From Adineta vaga (taxonomy: Eukaryota > Animalia > Rotifera): a stretch of DNA of 64,000 nt. The notes under the pieces are model-generated. The model was given only the letters and a program-made list of their open reading frames with translations, did not search any database and had not been told where the DNA came from. Position numbers and translations under genes: made by a program. Numbering within the stretch: position 1 is the first letter of the stretch; each line of letters opens with the position of its first letter. Below are positions 29,293 to 42,841 of the stretch, piece after piece. The DNA lies in the NCBI GenBank assembly GCA_021613535.1, contig CP075494.1:12462001-12526000 (forward strand). Direction: 5' to 3'.

Positions 29293-29425
29293 TACGATTG
29301 AAACGAAAATAAAGCCCCCCCCCCCCCCCCCAGAATAGACGGCCACCCAAAAAGAAGTGATGTGCCGAGACACTATATAAGGCCATGGCCTTTTATTCTG
29401 GGGGTGGGGTTTATAATATAATCGA
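29293..29425. repeat. Short imperfect inverted repeat with poly-C/poly-G arms; possible degenerate MITE
   Basis: aataaagcccc...ccccagaatagacggcc pairs with ggccttttattctgggggtggggtttat. Confidence 0.35.
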
Positions 29426-29807
29426 TCTCTTCAAGTATGAATAAATGAATATAGGGCGTAGAAACAACGCAAAGAAGAAAATATTTAAATCAGTTATTCT
29501 TATAAGAATAATATATATTAGTTGAGTTTCTTGACATCTCAATGCAGTTATATGATCTATACCTTTCTAATTCAATAAATAATATATAAATATACATTTT
29601 TCATACATATTCAAGTATTCTATATGATCGAAAAAAAATTACAGTTTAAAAACACAATATCGGTAAGATGACAATTATATGCGAAGTGTAGTGATTATCT
29701 TTTTTGAAGATAAGGACAGAGTAAAGAAAAAAAGGTTATCACTCTCTAGAAAGAAAAAAGTTTTAAAATATCATTATTATTTTACAAAACTTTTTAATTA
29801 TGTTAAA

Positions 29808-31349
29808 ATGAATTATTGGTGTTATTGGTATCGACATAAATCAAAGATTATCTTTGCTATTATCATAATTTTTTTGATATTCAACACATTGTTTTTCTAT
29901 GATGTTAAAAGGAGACAATCGATGCTTAATAATGGTTTTAATAATCATGAAATTGTATTGGAATTAGTTCGATATGATCAACTCAAAGATCATTATCAAC
30001 TTACAGGTATTATACTTCATTGGCAACGTTTGACTGGTGTTCAAAATCTTCTCAAAACAATGCTTGAATTCGATGATTTATTTGTTGATATTATTATTTG
30101 GAATAACAATCCAACAAAGAATTTAACTTTGACTGATTTGTTAATTAATTCTAATGATCGTATTCAAATCGTTAATTCTAAAGTCAATATAAAAGATGAA
30201 GCTAAATATCGTGCATGTGAATTAGCAAAAACAAATGCTTGTTTCTATGCTGATGATGATTGGGATGTAAGAATGTATGTTCGAAGTTTATATTCACATT
30301 TTCTACTTGAACCAACAATTTTACATGCAATGACAGATCAATTTACGTATTTTACAAATATAATGTGGACATTTTTTGATCAAACAATTGATTTACATAC
30401 AGGTTTTAGTTGGATTGGTTGTGGATCAGTTTTTTCTCGAGAAAATGCTATTCGACATTTGAAATATTTGGAATATTTTCTTGATAATGAACAAAATCGA
30501 GGTAAATTATGATTCTAATTCATTACTTTTAATAAGAATATTGTTTGAATAGATCTTATTCGACAAGGTGATCAATTTTTTTCGATTTGGATGAATCAAA
30601 TTCCTGCACAATTCAATGGTCGTCTACTTCATTCCGATGAAGGTGCTAGTTCATCGTTTGATAATTTTGATTTCGACACAAATCAATATCGTGCATCTGT
30701 TCTTTCAATAAAAATTCTCGAAAAAACCCTTCGTTCATCTCCATATTCGAAGCTCTTTCAACGAAACCGTGCAAGAAATACTTTAGTTACCTATACAAAA
30801 TCTCCTTGTTCATACAATGATCGATTTATTTTCTTTACCAATCTCTTACCCATTGATAATCTAGAACAAATACCGTTTAATATCACTACGGATCTCCTAC
30901 GTGGTACACGAAGAAATCTACCCAATGAACCTAATTGTCCATATCGTGAAGAACATGTTTTTTTCGAAGATTTTTCAACTGCAAATGCTGTGGATAATAA
31001 TACAAAGACATGTTGGAAAACTCGTCATTCAGTTAAACGTGGTGATTTCTATGGAATTGATTTCCGAACAATTCAAATCAATGCTAATCTTTCGTTTTCT
31101 ATTCAATATTCGCATAAAAAATCTTTACAAAAAAGACTACAGATCTTTATTTCACTTGATAGTTATAAATGGTTACCACTTCCATCACAAAATCAATTAG
31201 GTATTACATATAAAAAACGAAAGAAATATGTTTCGTTTCATACACGATTATTTCCTGTTGGTTTTCAAATCTTTCGTTTTATTAAATTTATGTCATTAGT
31301 CGATGAAGAGAATCCATTTCATATATGTGAGATACGTTTAATTGATTGA
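29808..31349 (+). CDS. Type II membrane GT-A glycosyltransferase-like protein with C-terminal discoidin (F5/8)-like domain, 2 exons
   Basis: N-terminal TM; TGIILHWQR, IIIWNNN, CFYADDDW (DxD) and SWIGCGSVF; intron 30502-30552; NAVDNNTKTCW...FYGIDF...ICEIRL fits a discoidin pattern. Confidence 0.7.
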
Positions 31350-32243
31350 ATAGACACTTTCCTAGTCAGAATAAATTCTATGTTAACTATTGTTTTCGAA
31401 TAATAAATATCTAGTTCATGTTTCAGGACCAAAGAGTTCTCTTCCGTGTCATTGATTCTGCGCACATAGAGTATATTAATCTTCTCTTTTTCAAACCTTT
31501 TATTTCGTTACTTATGTACGGAAAATGTTTTCAATTGATTAAATATCCATAAATAATTAATCTGTCAGACGATTCATAAAGCTTCTTAAAAATCGCCCCT
31601 ACGTAGATATTGACAAATCATTGAGGATTTAACTAAGTCTAACATAACTGTGAATATTTCTTGGGAAATCATGATTTTTGTCCTTGAATAAAGAAATTTT
31701 CAAGTTATTTAATTGTTTTATTAGTTTTTTTTTCATATATCATCTTTGTCATTCTGTCTTTTCAGTGATATTAAAAACAAAAAGTGAAAAATAAAATAAA
31801 CACTCACGCCAACATACAAACAAGAGAGAGAGAGAGAAAAGAAAAGAAACCACACATACATACACACATAGTGACATGTCATCAGTTTTCAAATAGGAAA
31901 TAAAAAGTGCCAGAAAAAATGCGAGAAAGAAAAGAAAAAGAGATTATTTGCTAATACTAAAATTTTCTTCTTGTCTGCTCCTATGTATCGATATTTTTCG
32001 CGCGAATAAATCTTTTGTTAGATTGATATTTATATCACAGTAGAAAGAAAAGAACAAAAAATAAAGAATTTCGTAAATATTGCGCGATTAAAAACTCCTT
32101 GACTGAGAAAATGAGATTGGTCATTTAAAAAAAAAAACAAAGAAAGAAACTTGTGACTAGGAATAGATGATTATTTTCCTGAGAGAATTATATGAACCTG
32201 GCCGGGTTAAATTTTTGACTAGATTTGTTTTTTTGTCTCATGA

Positions 32244-33916
32244 TTACACAAAAATGCCACCATCAGCATCTTGTGCTCGTTTGAAACTATCCCATAATGC
32301 AACCATGATTTCTCCCATGATAACATCATTTGTATTCATTGCAACTAAGCGTAGGACTAATACGCCATCATGTCGTAAGTATTTATTCGAAAATGAATTG
32401 AATAATTTCCTATCGAATGCTTCACGTGTAATACGATTCATGATTTTAAGATATTTTTTAAGGAAATGTTCACGATTAAATGGTAGAATTTGTTCCCATA
32501 TACATATTAGAAAACCATATGATGATAAGATAGAAACAGTGACAAGCCAAAACCATATGAATATAAAAATCTTTTCATTAAATAAATTCACAGGAAGCAC
32601 GCACTAGAAAAAGACAAGAACGCATTTTCATTTTCATGATATTAATAACGAAATAAAAAGACATTCTTTTCTAAAACAAAACTCGTACCTGTATCGTATG
32701 TTTATGTATATGATCAGCCATCGTTCTTATTTCGAAATCACACATTGTAACTCGAGGAAATCGTGCTGATCGACAGCATTCACGACCTGATAAAAAATTC
32801 CTTAGAACTTCAATACCATAACCATGATAATTTGAACCCATAAAAATCTAGAAGATTATTTCATTGGAAAAATCAAAAAAGTATAAATCATTCATAAACT
32901 TACATTAAGTAAAAATAATTGACCAATAACATTCGAAATATACATGAGTTTGACAAATAAATAGACAAAAGTTAAATAATTGCCTTGAGCACGGCCAATA
33001 ACAAAAACTGGACAATGACGACGCACAATACGTTTGAAATGAGAAAAAAAGCCTGTGCCCATTTCACGTTGTATTTCAAGAGCGCGATCAATATGTTTAG
33101 CTATATATCTGAGTGTTCGATCTCGAATATCGGGATTTAATTGTTCCATTGTATGTAATGTTCGAACAAGATTAGCTATATCGAAACCTGTTTTTGTTGC
33201 AAGAGCATGCCATAGAACAGAGGGAATGTAGAAAAGTACGGACATTAAAAGTAATATAAATGGGATCCATTGATAATAGGCTAGAAAGAAACAAAGAAAG
33301 AAATTGAAGTTTAATGGAAACACAAAATCCAACAATAAATACCAATATGTTTTGGTCTTTCATCATGTCTTGCTGGTAGTGTACTTTCAAAGGGGACATA
33401 ATAGGTATTTGATATCCAACAGATATAATTGGCATATTCAACATGTGAACCTAAACGAAACAAAAAATATATATAAAATATTACCATTGGTTAGTTATTC
33501 GAAAGTTCATATCCTATCTCTTTCATTTCTCTACTCGAATAATACTAACTGAAACTATGTGTAATAGATTTCTTTTACTTCTTTCTATTTATTTTTCATT
33601 TCTCGTTTATAATTATAGATAAATATTGAAATCAAATTAAATCAGATTGACCTATTAAAATAGTGAGATTCTATCAAACATCATTATTTATGTATAAAAC
33701 TTATGTAAATGCTTTGAGAGTTTCTTTACCGGTAAATTGTGCTGGAGCAAAACAAGCAATTGGATCACCAACATATTGTTTCGTCGATACAACAACAGTA
33801 AATAACATAAGTAACACCACGGAAAATCGTCTGGATAATCGATCATAGATATCATCATCGTTATGAAATCGAAATTGGCGTACTTTGGCGATGGCATCGA
33901 GAAAGCCCGCTACCAT
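32244..33916 (-). CDS. inx: Innexin (gap junction protein), common coding exons
   Basis: DDDIYDRL, KQYVGDPIACFAP, YYQWIPF, FPRVTMCDF, CVLPVNLFNEKIFIFIWFW and YLRHDGVLVLRL. Confidence 0.96.
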
Positions 33917-34726
33917 GCTGGAAATGAAATGAAAAGAAAAATGTCGTGAAGATCAATATAGTCAACATATCAATGAACATGAAGTAAAAACCTTAGAGAT
34001 CAAAATATTACATAGGGAAATATTTTTATTATCATTAAATTTCTTTTCTTCTGTTCTTATTGTCAAAGAAAAGAATCAGTCATTTATGAGAACATCTTTA
34101 CTGTATAGATAGATGACAAACTTATTTCCCTCGAAGATATATATATATATATAAGTACATGTATTCAAACAATAGAAAATAATTAGAGAGAATAATTAAT
34201 ACTATTCCCATTCGATTACGATCTGTTAAGAGTGAACATTTTGCCTAAAGCATGATCTCTTAACATTTTTTTTTATTATTATATCATTGATCGAATTAAT
34301 GGAAGTAGGTTTTATTTATTTATTATACACATATCTTTTAAAACAAAAAAAAAACTTCATTCGTCTCATTAGAATAGTTTTAATATTCATTAAATTGACA
34401 TTCTATTTTTAGATGAAGAGAAACCTCGTTTCATTCATCTAATAAATTAAAACAAATTTTGAAGGTCACTGATGTTTCTACTTAAAAAGCAAACTTTGTG
34501 CCATCGATTGTTATCTTCCTACAATTCCGTGTTATGAAAATCTCATCAAAAGAAGTTACATCTCTCTTTTTATACAGATAAAACCTTCTATTCATCTTTC
34601 TTTTTTTTCATTGAGATATTCATTAAAATTAATCCAAAACAAAATACGGATCTTTTTATATTTAATCTTTCTAATTCATTCTGAGATATTCTTACCTTAG
34701 TTACATTCTAATTAAATTTTCTTTGA

Positions 34727-34772
34727 TATATATATATATATATATCGAGAGAGAGAGGGGGGGGGGGGGAAG
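34727..34772. repeat. Compound microsatellite (TA)n-(GA)n-poly G
   Basis: Seen directly in sequence. Confidence 0.85.
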
Positions 34773-35116
34773 AGACAAGGAAACGAATCTTTTTCCTTTC
34801 TCCGCCTTTCGATCAATAATAATTTATCTTTCTTTCCTTCATTCGACGTATGTCGCGATTCATTTCCTCTTTTAATCAATGTATTAATTATTTTGATCAG
34901 TCTCTCAAAATCTCACTCATAACTTTTTTTCACCTTTTCAAGTTCTTGTCACACAATATCATCGTCACAGCCGGTTTCCGTTTCAAGGTCAAACATAGAT
35001 TTACACACACATATCAATATGGTATCATGGGAAATTTTGTTCAAAACGATTAAAAGATCAAGAGAGTTAGCGAAGGAAAGAAATAAACATCAATACAACG
35101 TATAATAAATAATTAC

Positions 35117-35136
35117 CTGTGAAAACTATAAAGCAT
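35117..35136 (-). other. Candidate alternative first coding micro-exon of the innexin (MLYSFHS)
   Basis: ATG CTT TAT AGT TTT CAC AG|gtaatt is phase 2, in frame with acceptor ttccag|C ATG at 33917. Confidence 0.45.
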
Positions 35137-36623
35137 GATGATAAGTTTTATAGAAAAAACTTCGTTTTAAACAATGATTGTTATCAATCAATTGAATAAT
35201 AATTTGTTCTTTCGTTCGCATTAACAAAACATCATCCATTTCCCCATATGATAGAAATCAGTTTTATGCAGTGCACTACAGATGCACATTGATTGAAGCG
35301 AACATAGTCGTTTTCTTTTCTATTCTCTGTCTCTATCGTGCGCGCTTTTTTCCTTTCTCCCATTTCGTCAACAAACAATGAAGAAAATCTATTAATACCC
35401 ACTTTCTGTTTCACTATCGAGGAAAAACTCATTCTGGAGTGATTGAACAACATGAGCAAACAATGATAATAAATAGGCAAAATGAGATAAGAGAAGTAGG
35501 TTCAAAAATAATAAAAATCAGTTTTCTATTTAGTTCGTTCTATACTCGAGTTCAATTAAGACAACAGCAGGAATAAAGTCAATGTCAATGTCGTTCTTGT
35601 GTCAACGAAGAATGAAATATGAGAAAATCAGCAAGATTTTATTAACATCTGTCAAGAACATATACTTGTAGTGAATAGTTAGATTTGTTCTTAACGATAC
35701 TAATCATGTTTTTTATCGATCATAAACGAGATCAGTTGACTAGTGATCTGTTACTAAGTAGAAAATCTTTTTCAAATTAGCGTTCTATATTAGATTTATG
35801 CATAAATTCTAATTGAATTGCGATTCGAGATTAGCAAAAAAAAGAAAGTTCTATCTTTCTTAGTTCGATTTCAATTCAATAGAAAATACAGAGAAACAAA
35901 AAATTGTTTAAAATATAATCGGTTTTCTTTATTAGTCTATGAAATGTAAGAATCATCTTTCTCATTCTGTAAATCCCTTCTGAATAACATAGATTCATTG
36001 AGTCGTCATATTTTATTTATTTGAAGATTAAAAAGGTTAGAAAGATATTCTCAAAGGAATGTCTTTTCTTCGAGCGAAACAGGAAAAAAATGACTCCAGA
36101 AGATATTTATGAGAGTGAGTTTAAATCCCATTGCTATCTGGTGATTTATCCATAAAAAAAGAGCTCGACAAATAAATTAACTTACTTAGTAAATATTCCA
36201 TTAATAAAACAAATAGAAACATCATTTTTTTTTGTTTGATAGTGTGAACTTCTTTTTACTTAGACAACAGTTTGAGAAATGCGACCGTTATTTAAATAGA
36301 TAGTGATCTTTCGTTATGATGTCCTTTTTCTTTTGTCTCTGCCGATATTTCCTGTACTGCCGCCGCTCATCAACAATGACGAGCATAACAACAAGAAAAG
36401 GAAGCACAAGACTGATAAAGATATGATTGCTAAAATCTGCATGTCCATCAATTGTCCAGTTCATCGGTGAAAAAAAAGAAGCGACACCGAATATAATAGT
36501 CTGACCTGATACGTTCTCGTTTTCTTTTTTCTATTCATCATCTCGAGTGACTTGGTTTTGTTGAAATTTGTAAGAAGAAGGGAAGAAAAAAAATCAAAGA
36601 GTAAACGAAGAAAAATTACTCAC

Positions 36624-36652
36624 ACAGACGTTCGAGCCGAAAGTGAATGCAT
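36624..36652 (-). other. Candidate alternative first coding exon of the innexin (MHSLSARTSV)
   Basis: ATG...TCT GT|gtgagt is phase 2, in frame with the 33917 acceptor. Confidence 0.45.
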
Positions 36653-37288
36653 TTCTTTTTCTTTAAAGGAATTTATCTGGATAATAATGATAATAATAAT
36701 CAGATCGTTCCATTATTGATTGGACTTTCTTTATCTTACTATTCTTAGGAAATAACAATAATGACACGATGTCAACATTGACTGTTGTTGATGAATGAAA
36801 ATAATGTGGCAAAAATCACACACAACTGCATACACGCATTGAAAACACCCTTGGCTAGTGAAACTGTTAGAACACATATGTGAAGAGAAAGATTTGTCTC
36901 TATTATTGTCGTCGAACGTCTTTCGAAGAAACTAGGCGTGCATTTTCTTTTCTTTCTTTTTTTGTTCTTCACATTGTCAACGCTTTTGCAACTATATTTG
37001 TCATGAGAAAGATAGAAATACTCATATGTAAAGAACAGCAAAGATTACTTGCATTCTTCTTTTCTATCATGCTTTTTCCAATCTTTTTCTCTTGCTCTTC
37101 TTTTACTAGACTTCTAAACAACTATATTAGTGTTGAACTCGAGAAAAAGAAGAAGAAAAAAAAAACGATGATCGAATCTAGTAGTCTGAAGATCGTACAT
37201 AAATATTTTACCGGAAGCATGAATGATTCTTTTAAATAATGTATTTTTCTTTCGATGTCAATCATAGACATTATATTTTGTAGCTTAC

Positions 37289-40200
37289 CTGTCTCCTCCA
37301 CTGATAAACTCGCCAACTTTAAGATCGTGTAATTTGCTTGGTCGAAGTTCAAGATCAAAATGTTCAATACGATCAGGTTCTTCGTGACCTCGTTTACCAA
37401 CTGCACTACTACTTAATTGTTTTGTTCGGAGATTAGAGATACTAGTTAAGCTAAAAGTCAAACGAATAAAGAGTAAACTTCAATTATAATGTATTCTTTT
37501 TTATTCTATACATACCGCTGGATTTCAGCTCGTTTCTGCCGAGGAGCCTTGTTCATTAGCTCTAAACATAGAGAAAAAAAATAAATGATCCATTAGATAC
37601 TGAAAAGAACAATTATATAGGAAATGAATGTTGATTTTCTCCCTTTCAATCTCACCTTAGAAAAAACGACGAAAAAACCGCCATGGCCTGTCGTTTGTTA
37701 CTCCTGTGTCCACCGACAAAAATTTCTTTTTTTCAAATGAACTGACTGATTACTATTTCCTCCGTTTGCCTTTAAGTCTGACCGATCAATCAAGATTGAT
37801 GATGATCATCATTTTGACATGAAAATCTGATTTTTCTTCTAATCCCTTGTCTTTTTTTTTCATTTGATTAGATTTTAAAAGAAGAAAAAATCTCCTTTTT
37901 TTTTCTTTTTATTGATGATCGCACATTTGTCTACTTTTCGAACAATATAATCACTCGATTTATTCAATGCTTTCCTCCCATCGAGTCTAAGTAGCTTTTC
38001 ATTCATTCGATGCAATTCTGAAGATCATTGATATGAAACAGGCCTCTCGTTTTACGATTCTATAAACCATGAATGTCATTTCAAGTGGATCGCAAATACT
38101 TGGCATTCTATTTTCATATTTCTCAAGACTTTATTTTTTTCACACTATCTCATCTTTTTCTTTTTAATCGATCGTTCACAATTACTATTCGAAAGAAAAA
38201 GTTGACTTGGAACGATAGCATTATGAACTATTGTATGCTTGTTTTATTTGTTCTATCATATCGTAGGTTTCGACATCTTTTTTCTTCTTCTTCTGTCTAG
38301 TATAATCCTTTACTGCTAGAATATGTTTATTACGATTTACTTCTTTTTCTTCATTTTATCATTACTATTAGGGGCATTCTGTCGAGGTATTCTACAAAGA
38401 AGAAAATTAAAAAAAACAGATTTTGAACGACATGAATATTAATCTACTATAAAATTATAGTGTATGTTAGAAACTCTAAACTATAATCTGTTTATTATAA
38501 TGGTATACTGCTGAGTAATTCTAATCGAAATAGTAACGATGAACAAACATACCTTTTGTAATAATCTTAATACGAAGAAAAAATAACAATTTCATATCGT
38601 CCTCATGCTCAACATTTTTTCTGTCAATAATCGATCATTGACATGATCAAATGAACACAAATAACGAAAATGAAATAGTCGTAGAAAAACATATTTTAAT
38701 TGTTCCATGTGTTAATTGAATATAATATGGTTCGATGAAGTTGTTGTGTCGAATAGAAATTTTTAAAGAGAAAAATCTATAAGGATCGGCTGAATCGTGG
38801 TACGATTATTATTATTATCATTAACATCTAATTACATCTATTTAATCGTTCATTCTTTACACTTTCTCTTGTTGTTAGCAAATGTATGTGTATTTGTGCG
38901 GGCGCACACACGCACGCACGCAGATACGCTCGTTTTTCTCTCCCATTGAACGAGCGAACAAACACTAGATAGATGTTGAAGAAAAAAAAAGAGAAGAAAA
39001 AGTGTTATTCGGATGAAAATCTCAAAAAAAGAAACTCGTTGTCGTCGCTGTCAATGACACTTCTTTCCTACATACGTCCAGAAATGAAAACAACGAAGAA
39101 TCTCGTTTCTTATTATGTTGTGATTTTACATAACCATTCATCGTCATGATCATCTTGAGAAAGAATGAGTTCAATCTTTCACATATTGTCGTTTCCTTCC
39201 GGATTTCATCTTCCTATCTTACTGTTATTTCCCAGTATAGAAAAATAAAATGGATGCATTTGAATTTTTTATGATCGAAATATCTCAAAGGACAATTACT
39301 AATAATACTTAACGAAACATGAAATTTACTGATTTCTATCAGATTTTCTCTTATACATCCAAATAATACACTCTTGTCTAATATTTGTCTAAGATCAACA
39401 ACGAAGTTCAATACACGATCGTGTTTAATAAAAGATCGATAAACGAATGTGAAAGATCGATTCGGAAATCCAAATATTTAATCTTCGATCGAGGAAACTC
39501 TTAATAAATCTCATGTAAACGTTTGGTGTAACCCCGCGGGCGTATGTATTCAGAAATACAAAGAAGTGTGAACAAGAACATTAAATCTATTCAAAGCTAC
39601 AAGAGACTAATAAAAAGGTTTTGTGCCATTCTCAGATGAATACATAGATAATTTGCTGTAGATAATCTAAAACTGATGATTAGAATTTTTTGACTTGCCT
39701 CATTTTAGTATGTACCATTTAGCTGTTTTTTTATTTTTCATAACAATGTATACATACTAATCTTCCAGAAAAACAACATCAATAGCAATTATATTGATGC
39801 TGATTGTCACATTGTACACAAATATATAAACATAACTGTCTATATGTATATATATATATAATATTTATCAGTAGATCAAAAATAAGACCGACTATCTTGC
39901 AAGAGAGTACCTTTCGAAGAAGCAAAAAAAAATGTTCTTAATAATATAATATAAGGAGAATATGGCAATCATCGAAATCCTAACTGAATTAACCAGACAT
40001 GAGTTATATATGTCAAAGGAAGTTAAGTCGAAAGTTAATTGAGTCGGACATACGCATAAACGAATATATAGTACGTCTGTCACGCAAGTTTCTTCTCTTT
40101 TCTTTTTGTTCTTGTTCTTGTTGTCAAATATTAAGACAAATGAATAAATTTGGAAAGATAGATTTTGTTTAGTTCGAATGATTGACTACACATTAGACAT

Positions 40201-41580
40201 CAACTATTAACTAATAATAGATTATTTAGAACATAAGAAAGAAGAAAAGAAAAAAAAACATTCTTCTATGTCAAAAGCTTATTATGTTAACAGTTTATCA
40301 ATAAGAGCATCAGAAATCAACATTATTACGTTAGAATATCTTATCGATTCTTGTATCTGGATACATATGTATATATATATATATAGACGTAGGCATATAT
40401 ATATTGAAAAAAAATAGATCAGAATATGAGATAAGAGTAGAAAGAATATGTATATTATTATTACTACTGTCATTATTATACTGTTAATTATATCAACAAT
40501 AAATGAGCATCAATGCATGCTTCGAATTATATTCTAACTGTTACTATAACGAATGTTCAAGATGGTAGTGTGATTTCCATATGTCGATAGATATGAAGAG
40601 AAATAAAAGGTTATTTGTCACTGGTTGATAATTAAAACAATAAAATGTTTGCATTCATTTGACTATGGAACATTTTCTTGCACCTTTCATTTCTACGTAT
40701 TCTTAGTAAATCTCATAGGAAGAAGAAGATGATGAAAAAGTGACTGGAATTATAGAGAATAATATAAAGAGCATTAATCATAAGAACAATAAGCATGTTC
40801 TTTGACTTTATCTTAAGAACAACACATAGAAAGAAATTAAGAAGGGAGCCATATGAATGAAAAAGTTCATCAATAACTTGAAGCCATTAATAGTAAACAA
40901 GAAAAGAGAAGAGAAGAACAGACGGATCGAGCATATTGTAGAAAAACCGTTAGGCAATGTTGCACCATTGCTTTCTTTTGCTTATTAAATCATTATTTCT
41001 TTATGAAGGTTCTTTTTTTTTGTCGTAGGTACGGCGAAGAGAACAGAAGAAACTAATGAACTACTAGAACAAGCGAACGACAAATTGTTGAAAAACTTCG
41101 AACTAGAAAACCATGAAAATCACTTAATTAGAAATCACGCGTTCAACATTAAAAGACTAATCGAGCGTTACGAATGCTACTTCCTGTAAGCATCCGAATA
41201 GAAACAGTAGTGCGAGTGAATGAACACAAGTCTTTATTTTTCTTGTTCTTTTTTGTGCTTATTTCTTGCTTATTTGCTAGTATGCATATATCTATATATA
41301 TCTATATATATATATGCAGGTAAAAAGACCTTATTTCATGTCAATAATTAGAAGTATCATATTAATGAAGAGGACGGAAGTTTTTTCTTACTATACTTTT
41401 GCATGAGGAATTCTATATTCTCGGTCTTAGAAGGTTCTATATTGTGGTTAAATTTTTCTGTAATTGTTAAAATGATCTATGTTATTTCTGTGATATAGAT
41501 CGAGAAGAAGAAGAAAAAAAATAAAACGAAAATTTACCGTCGTCATTGATATCTCTATTCTGATCGTTTCTTGTCGTCAT
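37289..41580 (-). CDS. Upstream coding exons of a long innexin isoform (41580-41538, 37561-37516, 37451-37289)
   Basis: Three exons with matching phases (1, 2, 2) give a stop-free extension MTTRNDQNRDINDDELMNKAPRQKRAEIQRLTSISNLRTKQLSSSAVGKRGHEEPDRIEHFDLELRPSKLHDLKVGEFISGGDS joined to MVAGFLD. Confidence 0.7.
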
Positions 41581-41907
41581 TTATCTTCTGTTTTGAGAGA
41601 ATGATGAAAGTATATTGTCTTTTTTTGTCTATCTCAAATAACTGACATACAAATAATTTGCCTAAAAGAGAAGCTTGACACCTCTATTTCTGCTTGCATA
41701 TTCAACCATTATGCGGATTATCTTGTTAACTCTCTGTTTTCTCGTTCTCCTTCTCTCGCGAGTACGCATGTGTTAGGTTTCATTCGAAGTGTCAATCGAA
41801 TTTCGGAAAAAACTACTCACTGTATGCATTCAGGACCGTAGATGGTAAAATCGAAATAATTCAAGGTACATTTTAAAATTGCAATGCATTGAGAAATGAA
41901 ACGGAAG

Positions 41908-41939
<32 letters not shown>

Positions 41940-42799
41940 GCCAGAAGATCTTTGTCGATATGGATAATGATGACGAAGAAGTATTTATTGTATATTTGAT
42001 TGTGTTGATCAAGAAATAGAAGGAGATAAAGAAGAGACTATAATGATAATCGTAGTGCTTGTTTGAATTGTTGATTGCTCGATTTCGTCTTGATGCTTGT
42101 TTGTCGTCGATGAAACTTAACTGTCATGTTAGTTGTCGATCGATGTAGATAGTGGTATTTGCGACATGGTAGGTTTTTCTCGCCGTTGTCGCTCTTAATC
42201 ATCAATGCGGTCGGTCGGTCGGTCTGCGGTTGTTATTATGATTTGTTATTTGAAAGACATAGCGAGACAACAAGAGAGAAAGAAAAGAAAAAAAAGAAAT
42301 TGTCGAAAGAAAAAAAAAGGAAAAGAAAGTGTGTATGTAGTTATCCCACAAAGAGTTCTAATAGAAGAACGAGCAAGATGAGCTTTTCTTCCCTATCATA
42401 TACGAGATTTTACATATGAAAGCATACACATCTCTTCCTTTTTAATACCTCTATCAACAAAGAAATCAAGGAAAAACAGAAAGAGAGACAGAGTCAGAGA
42501 GAGAGAAGACAACATTAGAGCTTCTTTTCTTATTGTTGATTATAGTCATCATTTTTAATTTTGATGTATTATTGTTAAGCATGATATAAAAAAGAAGTCA
42601 ACAGACAACAAGAGCTGCTTTTGCTGCTCTTTTGTCTTGCTTTTGTTATCACCGCTTTGTCTAATTGCGTACCAAAGACCTTGGTTCTCCTTTTTTTAAC
42701 TCTTCAGCATCAAATCCAGCGATTGCATGATGGTCTTTTCGTCTCTCCTTCGTCATCTTGTCACGCAATGAAAGGCTTTGTTCTAATGATCGCTTTTCC

Positions 42800-42800
42800 C

Positions 42801-42839
<39 letters not shown>

Positions 42840-42841
42840 AC
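42800..42841. repeat. Compound microsatellite (CT)n(CA)n
   Basis: Seen directly in sequence. Confidence 0.9.

Noticed and set aside
36182-36202. ATG micro-exon MEYLL with GTAAGT donor as another innexin first exon
   Set aside because: Phase 1, so out of frame with the only identified downstream acceptor
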